NCBI GenBank assembly: GCA_964016885.1
Contig: OZ024740.1
Location: 184,388,001 to 184,452,000 of the forward strand
Direction: 5' to 3'
Source: Eledone cirrhosa
Taxonomy: Eukaryota
DNA length: 64,000 nt
Notes under the pieces: generated by a model
The model's database searches: none
What the model saw: only the letters and a program-made list of their open reading frames with translations
Told to the model about the DNA's origin: nothing
Program-made: the position numbers and the translations under genes
Shown: positions 42,301 through 55,378 of the stretch, in pieces
Position numbering within the stretch: the first letter of the stretch is position 1
How the letters are laid out: each line of letters starts with the position of its first letter

Positions 42301-43120
42301 ATCTGTCTGCCATAGGTTAAGGAGTTTTTCACGTACATTGCCGCTGCTTCTTTTGTTTATTTCTTCTTGGATAGTGGTGTCGCATTTTTCAAATTTCTCT
42401 TTGAATTTTGGCACTCTTAGGCGGAGTAGGGTGATTTCGGTCTCAAGTGTTTGGAGTGCTAGATTTAGTCTTGTTGCAGTATCTTCCTTTGATTCCGATG
42501 GTATTTCTTTAATTCGGAATTTTCTCGGGAGGATAACTGGTTCCTTGCTAAGCCATATTTCGTATGTGTCTGCTAGGTTTTCACTCCTCAAGGCTTTCCA
42601 GTATGCCTGTTTCCTTTGATTTAATAAAGGGTTCCAAATGTTTTTCATTTGGTTTCTTTTTCTGTAGGCTTCTTTTTCTAGGTTCAGTTCATTCCATTCT
42701 TTGAATGCATTATTGGTGATGGAGTTCTGTTCATGTGTAGCTATTTCAGGAGAAAAGGTTTGTTCTCAACTCATTACTGCTATGAACACTTTTTCAACAC
42801 ACCCACACCCATGCACTTATTAAAGGGGGAGAAAAGAAACCCCCACCACACCACAGACATGTTAAATCCCTATATATAGAACAACACACCACATACACAT
42901 CAGTTTGAGAAGCGCACCTCAGCGTGAAAGGTCTTTCTAAAAACGAAACAATACCTCCTACGTTAACCAAGAACTCCTAAGACCTAACCAACAACCAACA
43001 ACTTAATTTATAAGATAATTTTTTTTAAGAAAAATTTTTTTTGGATTTTGTGAAGAAAATAAATTTGTTGAAAGCACAAGTGAAGCCATTTTTTCTCCCC
43101 CCCCCCCCCTGTCTTAATAT
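37293..43120 (-). mobile_element. Near full-length Penelope-like element (Neptune-like) with inverted terminal duplication
   Basis: ORF pieces 42238-42648, 41528-41782 (LLENGLKFTPTP), 40896-41417 (IKEADKGGAIVIMD, FYGLPKIHK, LRPIIAG), 40513-40836 (GTAMGTKVAPTYA, WKRYLDD), 39987-40556 (PFLDI, KPTDTHQYL), 39511-39933 (CGDPRCGTC, NLIYCATCPQCKEYYIGETG: GIY-YIG). Inverted arms 37293-37644 / 42764-43120. Confidence 0.93.
37855..39460. repeat. 1.6-kb compound (CA/TA) microsatellite inside the PLE 3' UTR
   Basis: Low-complexity acatat/acac tract between the ORF stop (39511) and the terminal repeat (37644). Confidence 0.9.
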
Positions 43121-43150
43121 ACCTAACTGTACCAAGGATTACACACATTT

Positions 43151-43190
<40 letters not shown>

Positions 43191-45894
43191 GATATGAGTG
43201 TAGTTATAGCTACAGGTAATAGGTCAGTTAAACCACTCACTGCTATTATTCGTATTTGTAAACCAATAGATAGACAATTTTCACGGAACTACTACTGCTG
43301 CTACATATATATATATATATATATACACACAAAACCACGCTCACATATCTATATATATATATATATATATATATGAGTGTGGTTTTGTGTGTGTGCTACA
43401 ATCTGAAATATATGTTACTTCATAGTTTGTTCGTTATTTAAATAAAATTCTCATGATGGGCTCATGAACGTGTGCGTGAATACATATGTGTAAGTGTGAC
43501 GTGTTTGGGCATAAATATCTGTGTGAAAAACGTATTTGTGAATGATAGATTATATTTATTTGTGTTGTTTTTGGAGCTATGAAAAGTTTGCTAAATGCAT
43601 TTTTGCGTCACTTGCAAATAATTTAGTAAAATTCTTTAATGTATCTATTGCTCTTTCACTGTGAAATTTTGAACCTATAGGCAGATTTCAGCTAAATTCC
43701 TCATAAATCGCTGTTTGATTCAAAATGTAAAGCAATGTTGTGAGATAATGTTTCTCGTTATTATTCACAAGTTAACAGTTTGTTTATTCCCCTTATAATT
43801 TTTAATGTTTCATTCTTTTTCTTTTAGCCAATAATTTTCTCTCTCTTTCTTACAAATAAGATATTGCTTAATTTATCTTATCGTATCAGTCAAGCAGTTT
43901 CAAAGAAATCATTTCCTTTATTGGCCACAAGGGCTCAATCTTTGCTGGCAGTACAAAAGTAGAATACATAGGAAAACAATAAGCAAGGCAGAATACGCGA
44001 TTTACATTGGATATATTGGGGAGTTTAGCCTATAATAATTGTTTCTACTTTGGGTTAAAATGGCATTAATGTAAAAGAAAGGGGTACGTCAATCAAATCA
44101 CTTCCAGTGCATTACTGATACTTTATTTTATCGACCTCGAAAAGATGAAAGGAAAGGTTAACCCCTCCACAAATTTAATAAAAACAATTAAAAGCCCGTA
44201 CTAAGACTAAACGTCTGTTCGATGCTCTAACAATTCTGTCATAGTTGATTAAAGAGGCTCATGTGTTTGGATGGTACTATATAATTTACCGAACCCTGTA
44301 GGATGAAAGACGAAATTGTTCTTGGTGATCGTGGCAGCCAGAACGTTAATGGACCCAAATAAACACTGCAAAACATCTTGTCTGGAACTTCACTGATTTT
44401 ACATTTGTTTTTGTTCTTACTGATATTTTTTTTCTTGGTCTCACCATTGCTTTTGTTGTTTTGACACCGTTTGTAAGGTTCATTTTCCCAAATATTCTCT
44501 TTGGGTGAGCCAAACTTCCGGCTCAGATGAATACCCAGGGTTATGGATCCTGGACTTTATCAAATGCTCACCTTACTCTATTAGTTGTTCATTAACACAG
44601 TCAATAAAATATTAAACCTTCGCTGCACAGTGGATCGTTGGCTGGTATAAAGACCGACGTTATTCTGGAGTTTCTGAGTGTCGATGAAGAGGAACAAGTT
44701 CCAGTCTTATGAGAGAAGGTAGGGTAAAAAATGAAGATAATATCTGAAAGATTGTAACAGATTGGGTTTCGTTAAAAGTATCTCAAATAATGCTGTTAAC
44801 CCAGGGAATATATTACATTTATCATAAAAACAAATTATAGTTCATCCTATGAGCTTCTGCACATTTTCTGTTTGGTAACGGAAGCTTTTTGCTTGAGAAA
44901 TTCTAATTGTCAGTGTGTCTGCATTCTAGTCACCAATGTGCTTCTGTGGATGTAGTTTACATTTTTATTATTGTGGAAGGTGAGCAACTAATTCAGTTTT
45001 GTGGTAGTTTCTAAGCGCTGAAGATAAAGCGTAGTTTTGTTACGTTCGTGTTTAAGCCTGGGTTATCACCGATCAAATAGCCATGTGATAGAAAATGATC
45101 CTTGCCATGATTATCCCATAACCTTATTTGGGTATATCGATTCATAGTATATCCAGACATAGTGTAGCCAAGAATATTGCCTCTAGAGCTGTGTTACCCA
45201 ATGTGCTGTACACTTTTTGATACAATAAAATATAATTTGAGGTGATTTAATAACTATTTCTAGCAGATCAAGTACTTGTGTTGATGTTCTTTCGTTAGCT
45301 TGCAACTCCTATGTACGGAGCTTTCGATTTGCTATGGATATAATATTTTTCCCTCATATTAGTTATAGATATAATAGTCATAGAAACCACATACATACTC
45401 TAGTTGTTTATACCCAGAATTAAATTATTAATGTTTTTATCTTCTTTAAGAAATCATGTGCCATTGTTAAAGGGTCGAACGACTATGGGGAAACTCTTTC
45501 TTTCTCTCATTTACATGTTTTTTTTCTATATTTCTAGGTACTCACAACATATCTAGGGTTATGCAATACAAGAGAACAACATCAGTTTTTATTGATGACA
45601 TAACTCGCTTATTCTTAGGTGTCATGTTTTATTATATATATAACGCTTAATGTAAGTATGACATAGCGTTATCCTATAATAATACAACAATACAAACATT
45701 TCAAAGACGTGTATATATAATTGTTTCTACATTTGGCACAAGGCCAGCAATTATCACAGTGTATTACTGGTACTTTATTTTATCGACCTCGTAAGGATGA
45801 AAGGCAAAGTTAACCTCGGCGGGATTTGAACTCAGATTATAAAGAGAGGTAACTCTATTCTACCAAGCATGGCGTCCGACCCTATACCGATACT

Positions 45895-46004
45895 GCCAAT
45901 CCACCGTAACCAGCCAATCTACCGTAACCGTGCCAATCTACCGTAACCGTGCCAATCTACCGTAACCAGTCAATCTACCGTAACCGTGCCAATCCACCGT
46001 AACC
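45895..46004. repeat. Six 18-19-bp tandem repeats at the 5' end of a SINE, inside a 20-bp TSD
   Basis: gccaatc(c/t)accgtaacc(gt/a) x6; caaagacgtgtatatataat at 45702-45721 and 46004-46023. Confidence 0.85.
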
Positions 46005-47299
46005 AAAGACGTGTATATATAATAATGTTTTTATTAGAAGTTTGCAGCGAAATATATAAATATCCTGAGCTAATCTAGTGTTTTTTTTTTCTTTTTTCGT
46101 TAATTAAACATGTGTGCTTGCCAAACATAAAGGTTGGTAATAATTGGTAGCAGTAAGATATGCACTTACTCACCAGTTTTACTCATGCACTTTATTGATT
46201 ATGCTGGCTGTCACTGTGCTATTTCTTTACTTACTAAAGAATTTCCTCAACTTTACTATAAAAACGCGAATAATATTTATTTCTCTTGCCATAAAATACG
46301 TTCTCTATTGCTTGGAATCATAAAATCTTGTCTCCCTGTAGGTTTTATAGAAATTGCAATGCCTCGTTTGCAAATTTATAAAAACGTTTGTTAAATTTAA
46401 CGCCTAACTAGTAATTTCTTATGAAAACTAATCTTGAATGTATGCTATCTTGTATTGCCATCAAATATTTTACAGCATATCTTAATATAAGCTTTCCTAA
46501 TAGAATTATAGGCTTTAAAAGAAATTAACGTTTTCGGCTGATAAACTATTAAAAAGCAAACGTATAAATGTTACCCGACTAAATGATAAAAACATATTAT
46601 GCGTTCAATGAGGCTGCTGAAAATAGCAGGCAAATTTACCTAAAATAACAACATACTGTTTTAAAGAAAGGATGAGACATGTGGTGTAGTCTAAGGTTGG
46701 TGGTACTGTCCTGGCTTATTGGGAGCATTCAAACTAAATCTGAAGATTACACGATATGCTCATATATTACTTCCTAGTACGGTAACCACACCAGTCTCAA
46801 ACTCTACAAAAGATCATTGGATGTGACCTTCTTACCTCGAATGAGCTCTAACAATAAATAGACTGTCTACAAAAATGGACTAGAACATCTTTGACTCCAA
46901 GTCTGGCTGATCAGATCTAATGCTAAATAACAATAACAACCACATTGCAAAATGCTTAAAGAACAAATATGGATACTAAGTAGTGAATTACGTTACTTTT
47001 GTAATTAGACGTAGCCCTTAATAGGTTGGTTTTTATTACTTAGTTGTGATGATATTTGAAAGTCCATCATCCTTTTCATGAACATCCAAGGTAAATTGGA
47101 GGAGTGAAGTAAACACCCTCACAACAGAGACCTAGCAGAATGTTTGCAAGAGATTGGACTCCAATAAAGGCAGCCAGGGACTACGCTGTGGGGTTACATT
47201 GGGCGAAGTGAAGTAAACCACGAGGATTTTAAACTTAAAACACAAAGAAATGGAACAGATGCCACACATTATTACTGCTCTAATTATGCTATCTGTGTA

Positions 47300-47620
47300 C
47301 GCAATGTGGCCGAATGGTTAAGTTTCTTTTATAAACATTAGGTCCCGGTTTCAATCCCACAATTTGACATTAAGGGCAAGTATCATCTACGAGACATACA
47401 GGTCGAGCCATGCCTTATGAGTGAAATTCGGTTGGCGAAAACTTTCTGGACTATGTCGGTAATTCGAAGGGCCAACCATGACACATAATGAGTCCCGCTG
47501 AATTTCTGTGACAATTACGTTAAAGATACAAACGTCTATGAAATGGTCAGCTACTTTCACGTTAATTTCATGAAAAGGCTATTCAATTTGATCGAACAAG
47601 AATTTTTATCATCAAAACCG
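47300..47620 (+). mobile_element. Second tRNA-derived SINE family (related copies ~23340-23640 and possibly ~9290-9480)
   Basis: gtggccgaatggttaag...ggtttcaatcccac head followed by gggcaagt; shared gtaattc(g/a)aagggcc block with ~23495. Confidence 0.55.
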
Positions 47621-49000
47621 ACAGATGTCTATTGCAATAATTTTGCCAGCCCAGTAGATATTAGTATAATGTGTATAGTACAGAATCAAACCCGGATTGT
47701 AGCTTTGCTCCACCTCAAATGAATCACATATAAATGTATGAATATTTTTCTTCACTCCTGAAATGGTTGTGGGAGGAGTGTCCTCAAACTCTCTGTTCAC
47801 CGGGACTGTCAGAAACAACAGTTAATCCGGCTAGATCCCCAAGCGAGAACAGTCGATTTCGTTGATGTTATCCAACCGTCTTGCTCCATGTCTACACCTG
47901 GGTTTCCCGCTGGTTGATTTTCCCAGCAAAATCTATCAAACGATTCTTTCCCGAGAAAGAGTGCGTAGCTTAGAGATTAGAGAGCTGGCATGAATTACAG
48001 ATATAAATAAGTAATTCAGTATTGATTTCTCTATTATTGAAAGAAATTAATTTCAAATTTACTGTGCATTTTTGTTGGAAATTTAATTTCATATAGCCGT
48101 ATGGTAAAGAAGTTCGAGTTTGGATCATGCTCAGTGTTAAAGTTTACATTTAAATTAGCTAAACAAAATTGAAGGAGCCGACTATATCAAAGGTTAACAT
48201 TGAGTTATCTGCTTGTATTCTTTTCTTGATTATCTTAAATTGAGTCTGGCAAACCCTGTTGTTAATAGTTAGTATTTTTTTCACCCTAGCGAATCTGGTC
48301 CCTTACGATTTGAATACATATATGTTTATATCTGTGTTTATCTTTCTTTTATATTCAATTATATTACAGGGCTCAGAAAAACCTCATTCTTTGAGCTATT
48401 TAATTGTCAGAGACTATTTTCTGTTTCTAACTCAATATATACCTTTCATATAGTCGACTCCTTCAATTTTTTTGAGCTAATTTAAATGTGTAAACTAATT
48501 TAAATGTGTAAACTTGGCTGCTAGTTTTAGTAGTATACGTTTATGAGACACGCTAGGTTCTGATGCCATGTGCGTTATTTTATATTCGCACACTATTCAG
48601 TCTTCTGAGATACTTAAAAGTGAAGGGTTTACTAATTTTACACCCACTGATAAGCAAAGAATTGGTAATTCCCTACGTTAAAATTGCGAAACAGCCTACC
48701 AAATGCTGTCTGGGTGTCTGGCAGTTGCCCAATATCGGTTTGTATTTCTTTTCTTGATTTATTATTTTAAATTGAGTCTGGCAAACCCTATTGTTAATAG
48801 TATTTTTTTCACCCTAGCCAATCTTGTCCCTTACTATTTGAAAATATATATGTTTATATCTGTGTTTATCTCTTTTATATTCAATTATATATATATATAA
48901 TTGAATAGCTCTGTACTATACATAGAGCCCTTTTCCTTCTAGAGAAATACTTCATTCATATATATATATATATATATGCTTATATATATATGTATATATG

Positions 49001-49034
<34 letters not shown>

Positions 49035-50037
49035 GTGTGTGTGCATGCGTGTGTGTGTGTATGTGAGTGTGTGCGTGTGTGTGTGTGTTGTATGTGTGTG
49101 TGTGGTGTATGTGTGTGTCTGTGTGTGTGATGTGTGTGTGTGCGTGTGTGTTGTATAATTCATGTATTATTTATCAGTAACTTTAATATAAAAATAATAA
49201 TCAAGTATAATTATTTTAAAATGTTTTAACCGATTTGTTTTAGAGAAAGGCTTCAAATTTCATATATGATAGGGCTTCAGCAAGTGAAAGCCTGGCTCTG
49301 CATCGGAGTACCGTGGTTGGGCTGTTTTCAATTGATCAGAGCCCCGCTGAAGCCAAGTTGTAAATATGTTCATGTATATTTTTGTTGTTGGCGTGATGGT
49401 GTCAGGGATATTTTTTTCATTGGCATTTGTCGAAAGTATGTCTTCTCTTTCGTTCGAAAAGAAAATGTTTTCGTTTAGGTCCTATTTTGCATTTTTAAGC
49501 AGCAAGGGTAGTTATGTCTCAAGCAATGTTAGAAATATGTCGTTGTAATGCCAGATAAAGAATGGTAAACGTGGTGTCATCTTTCGTCCCCCTCTTTCAC
49601 GTTGTTTGTTTGAGGCCATACGAAATAAAAACTCGGATAGAACAGATTTTCAATTGAGAAAACCGCCCCTCAGACCTTGGAATTTAGGGTCGATAACTTT
49701 ATAATAATTTACTTTTTGATTTTATTCGCGATATATGGTAATAATTGACAGGTGGCAAGTGACAAACCTCCAGAGATTTAATAACATATGTAATGCAAGT
49801 AAGTCCTATAATATTCATTTCCTATTAAGGCACAAGACGAACAATTTGGAGGGAGCGGAAGTCGATCAATTCGACCGTAGTGTGTTAATGGTACTTTATT
49901 TTATCAACCCCGTAAAGAGTAAAAGTAAAGCCGACTTCGGCGGGATTTGAACTCAGAACGTAAAGGGCTGTAACTATATGCCACAATGTATATTGACAAA
50001 CGCTCTACCGATACTGCACATGCATTATCCTTAGCAC

Positions 50038-50071
<34 letters not shown>

Positions 50072-50084
50072 TAATAATAATAAT

Positions 50085-53000
50085 GCTTTCTTTATTAATC
50101 ACAAGGGTTTACATAAAGTAGACATTAAGGAGAGTACAGGCAATACAGGACGATACAAATGGGCATTTCTGCGTGTAAAAAACAAAAACAGAGGATGTAA
50201 CCAAAAAATAACAATGAAAAATTCACCAATACGGGGGAAACTTCCGAGGGACATTCGTGGAGAAAGCCCATTAAAAAGCCACAGTGACCCTGACCACCAG
50301 GGCAAGTGCCTTCTCCCAGTGTTCCACCTTTAATTTACAGACACATACTCAGAGTAGGCCCATTCACTCGGGCCGTTCTTCCTCTCTCACCCATCTTTCA
50401 ACAAAATGCTGGGAAGAGAGCACTCCCCTCTCTACCCTGATTTTCCTTTTCAAATGAAACTTGAAAAAGTTAATCCGAGCATCACCGAAGAGGTAAGTGA
50501 TAGTCTTGAGCACTTTCAAACGTGTACACCATACTATCTCTTTCACCATGGCCACCAGACAGATAAGAATTGCCTGCCCTTCCCGGCTAAAAGAAGAGGG
50601 CGGGGCAATCCTCACGATGGACTCAGCTGATAGATGGATCCGTCCTACACGCGACAGCAGGTGTTCGACATAAAGCCACAAGTCAGCAATGCTCGGACAA
50701 TGGACGAGTGCGTGCAGGACGGTTTCGTCGCTCTGCGCGCATCTCGGACATGCCCGGCTGACGGCACCTCCATGCCTGTAGAGTTTATCCCGAACTGGCA
50801 AAGCTCCTCGGTAGCACTGCCAGGCCAGGGATTTCTGGAAGTTGTCCATAGGTCCCGGCCTGAAAGTTCTTCCGAAGAGATTGGCTAGTTGATTTTCGTC
50901 GACACCTAGAGTTTCCCCAAGTTCGTCGTCGCTCTTCCCCTCCACTAATGCTCTATAGAACGCCAAGTTGGAGTTTCCACCGATCACATTGCCCGATTGG
51001 TCGAGGGCTGTGAGCGCCTGAAGACATTCCAGTCTCAAAGCGCTCCCTCTCGGTCTTCGCTTGACACAGGACTGCAGCTCCGTCAAGGAGACGAGCTGGG
51101 GAAAGACGCGTCTAGCAAACGGCGACCACACCTGATCACCGTCGTGGAAGAGGTGGAGATTTCGTAGCCTAGGCGCGTGTCTGCGCATCATCAGCCACGG
51201 TATGCCCAGCCCTCCACGTAGCGGGTGTTGACAGCAGATAGACCGCCTTACCATCGGAGCGCGTCCCTTCCACAAAAGGCGAAAGAGCAAACGCTCCAGT
51301 GCAGTCAGGCGGGGCTTAACACAAGGTACGACGGTCAGGTGGTAGTAGATGACGGACGATGAGAGAAGCCACCCTGCTCGTGACCTCGTCCCAGTTTTTG
51401 TCCGCCCGGAGGTCCGGACCGAACCAGACCCCTAGCAATTTAACCAGTCCGGCCGTCCAGCGCCCGACGACACTGGTGGACGGCATGGACCTGCCTCTCC
51501 AGGTGTCCAGCTGCAGGCCCACTGACATTTCCTGGTTGATCATTGATTCTGTCACCGCTTCGTATTCTCTCAGTGTAGTGCCGACCGCCTCGATGCGTTT
51601 AGCGTTCGACAACACTACGGTTACATAGTCAGCATATACTGACACAGATCTTCCGCATTCTAGTTCGCGCGGGATCCCCCCCCCCCACCCCAACGTCTCC
51701 AGTTTGTGCAGTAATAGCTCGAGAGTCAATACGTACAAGAGGGACGAGAGGGGACATCCTTGGCGGAGCGAGCGCATGGTGTTAAACGGTTCCGAAAGGT
51801 GACCGTTCACACTCACCGCAGAGCAGATGTCACTGTGCATCGCAGCGATCCAGCCACTCGGGCCCATTGAAGGGCTTTCGTCCCCTCGTGTCTGAGAGCA
51901 CGCACCCTAGCTCTGACAACGCAACCTTCGTGCTTTGCATTGAAGAATTGGTCAAGGGCCAATTTCGGCGCAAGTGCGTCGGTCGCGATGCCTTTGCTAA
52001 GCGCCTCGTCTAATTTTCTAACTACTTCTCCCTCTGCTCTATATTTCTCTATAGCTAAAGCCTTGTTAAAACTAATGGACTCTATTCTAATCACTCTTTT
52101 CAGAGCAAACCACCACTTGTTGTTGACAATGGCCCCCGTCAAAGACCGCTCAACTAGTTCGCTAATTCGGTCTCTGTAGGCATTGCGCGCTGGTAAGGAC
52201 GCATTTAGCTTCCAGTAGCCGGGTCCTCGTCTATGAAGCCTATCTAAGTCAAGCACACAGATCACGAAATCGTGGTCCGTGTAGCTGACTATCTTGAATT
52301 GTGAACAGCCTATCCTAGACCTATCTATTTCCCTACAAAATACGCTATCTAGATATGATCTGGATGACCCGATGCGGTTTATCCAAGTCCACATTGGCAC
52401 ATTCTGGAAATCCAATCGGTACATGTCAGAGAGTTCAAAACGCCTGAGAAGGTTGGTGAGGCTCTTGCACCCTCCTCCCCTATCCGCCAATCCCACAGAG
52501 TCCCAGCGTGCATCTAAGATCCCGTTCCAGTCGCCCACTAACAATAAAGAGTGGTACCTTCCAAAAAAGGTCTCCAGGCGCTGGAAGAAATCAGGCCGCC
52601 CTGCTCCTGTCTGGGCATAGACGGCCACTAGCCTGAAAGCTTACCCGTCTTCGCTGGTCACGTCGAAGACCAACACCTTACCTTCTGGGTAGATCCAAAC
52701 TTCTCAGAAAAAGCACAGTAACTCCACCCCCGATCCAGGACGGGTGCGAGATGCGTACACATCGTAACCGCCGAAGATCGGTGCGAAGGCCCGTGCTTCG
52801 GAGGTTCTGGTGTCGCTGATGGCCACTGCATCTATGTTTAGTAACCTGAGGTCGTTGAGCAGGTGGCCCTGCCTCCATGACGACCCCAAGCCACGCGCAT
52901 TTATGCTGCCTTCTCTGAGTGAGGTCATGTTGAAATGGAGTGGAAAAGATGGCTAAGACCACTTACCTTACTTCTCGTAGAGGAAGGATGGTTTCTCAAT

Positions 53001-55378
53001 CCTTTTAACTGCTTGTGGCCTCCTCCGGAAGAATGTCCTTATAAATCCTCCTGAAGAGTGCTTGTCGGAAGTCTCCGATGTCTTTGGGGATTTTTTGTTT
53101 TAGTGTCGTGTACATTTTCTGTGTGATGCGAATGATTTGTATGTGTGGAGGTGGTGTGAACGTTTGGGGTGTTGTGTAGTCCTTTTCTGTGATGCTGGTG
53201 TTGTGTTGGATCTAGTGTAATAATTGGTTGTTGTTCAAATTTAATGCTGTCTAGTGTGTATCGTTTTGGTTGTTTTGTTTTGTTTGCGTTTGTTGTGGGT
53301 TTGTTTCTGTTTCGCTTTTTGATGACTTTTGTGGTGTTGGTGATGGTAGTGTTGGGGTTAATGATGGTGATGGTGTTGGTGTTTGTGGTGATGGGGTTGG
53401 TGATGCTGGTGTGGATGGTGGCATATCTGTCCTAACTTTTTTGTTTGATAGTTTATTTGTTTCCTTCTGTATTTTGTTTTTGGAGGGGGAAGGAAGAGTA
53501 TTTTTTTCTTTTATGGCTTCTTTTTCATTTTTTTCTTTTTTCTTGATACCGTTTCCCACTCTTCGTCGTTACAATCTGTCTCCAGTTGCGATAGGTCGGG
53601 GAGTGGAAAATCCTCCACAGGCGTTGGTTTTGAGAATTTTTTCTTTTTTGGTTTCTTTTTTTTTTTCCGGATATCGTTTCCCACTTCTCGTCGTCACAAT
53701 CTGTCTCCACTTGTGATAGGCCGGGGAGTGGAAAATCCTCCACAGCCGTTAGTTTTGGTTGTGGCGTGGTGAATGGTGTAGGCGCTGGTGCCAATTTGGG
53801 CGCGTTGGGTGGTGGTGGTGGTGGTGGTGGTGGTGGTGGTGGTGGTGTTTGTTTTGCTTCTGTTGCTGTGGTTGTTGCTGCTACAGTTGCTTCTGTTGTT
53901 GCTGCTACAGTTGCTTCTGTTATTGCTGCTACAGTTGTTGCTGCCATTTCTGCTGCTGGTGGTGTTGATGGTTTAGTCACTGGGGTGGGTAAGAAAGGTG
54001 GCCTCAACTTTTTAGCTGCTACAGTTGTTGCTGCCATTTCTGCTGCTGGTGGTGTTGATGTTTGAGTCACTGGGGTGGGTAAGAAAGGTGGCCTCAACTT
54101 TTTAGCCTCAGAAAGCCCTTAGGTGTGTTCCTTCAGCACAAACGACACACCTAGGCCTTCTACCCTCGGCGATTACGGTGAGGTGACTGCCGTCAGTGAG
54201 ATCTATTACTTCTGAGATCTCCTCAATGCTTTTTTGGTCCGCTTGGATCAGGAGCTCCATCCCAGATCCGGACCAGTTCTCCTGCTTTTCTTTTGCTATT
54301 TCTATTATTATTTGGGTGTTGGCCTCGATGCCGGCGAGGACGGCAGCCATTAGCCAGGGAATGTCGATGGCCGGTGGAACGTGGGTCACCCTGATCTTTA
54401 CGAGTCTCTGGCCACAATAGCTTGGGACGAGTGTGAAGTCGTCTCGCTTGTTACTGGGGCAATAGAGTGCTCTCTTGCCTCCTGTGGTGTTCCAAAGTAC
54501 ACGTCCACGGTTCCATATTTCTGCCCACGTCTGATGTGGCTTTTTTTTGCCCACACATGTCCCAATGCTTTTGGATTTGGGACTCGGATGCCCGTTTCAC
54601 TCGGCGCGATTTTATGTTAATCATCCGATAAGATACGGTGCATAAGCGCCGATGCTCCATTTTATTAGGTGGGGGGATTGAGGCTGACTCTTTGCCCATC
54701 TTTCTTTACCATCTCTTGGCTTCATCTAATTCCTCCTGAGTTACCTGGATTGTTTCGCATTTTTTGGCTGCTTTTGGCAAACGACACGGTATTGTTATTC
54801 TCATTGTTGTTGTTGCTGTTGTTGTTATTGTTATTTTTGTTATTGTTATTTTTAGTTTCAGTTGTGGTGGCGTCAGTGGTGTTCGGTGAGGAAGAGTCGA
54901 TTCTGGGTGAATCCATTTCGATGTCACGAGATAATTTTTTTCTGTTTCTGTTGTAGCTGTGGTGGCGGTGGGGGTGGTGGCTTCAACACCTGCAGCCATT
55001 GGTAATGGCGGGAAATAAATGCCTACATGAGACAAATTTAAATTATTGCTACTGCTTATATTTTTAGTGTTGGCAAACGTAGTAATATTTACAATGGTGG
55101 TGTTGGTGTGAGGTGTTAGTTTGTGAGGAAGGCTGTCAGCCTGGTGTAGCTGTGAGTCGTCCATATTGTTTTCAAACTAATTTTTTGTTTGATAATTATA
55201 TAAGTTTAAATTTTGGGCTCAAGGCCCCAATCTTTTTAAGTGTCCTTTTCTGAAAGCAAATTATGTGACCTTATAACCACTTAACAACAAACATTTTCCA
55301 TAAATGGCAATTTGAAACAACTGAAAACCACAAACCTTTCCGGCGCTCACGGTGATACGATTTCCTACGTAGGTCGCC
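50085..55378 (-). mobile_element. Tx1/L1-clade non-LTR retrotransposon, ORF1 + ORF2, decayed and internally deleted
   Basis: ORF1 pieces 54706-55164, 54108-54554 (EGRRPRC..C...H), Pro/Thr-rich 53525-54097. ORF2: GSINARGL (52928), VYAQ, VGDWN, SYLD, TDHD, GPGYWKLN (APE); RQGCPLS, VYAD (RT); CPRC..ETVLHALVHC (zinc finger). (AAT)n on both sides. Confidence 0.92.

Noticed and set aside
42900-42945. Possible U3-A8 hammerhead TTGAGAA-gcgcacctcagcgt-GAAA-ggtctt-TC in the Neptune-like terminal repeat (mirror ~37465-37510)
   Set aside because: Core and helix II are plausible but I could not form a convincing helix I; left uncalled.
45895-46004. CRISPR-like short repeats (also considered for the 465-bp array)
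   Set aside because: No unique spacers, no cas genes, eukaryotic context.
47690-47960. Possible RTE C-terminal remnant on the minus strand
   Set aside because: Only a faint G.PR.R...R.LDNI similarity; insufficient.
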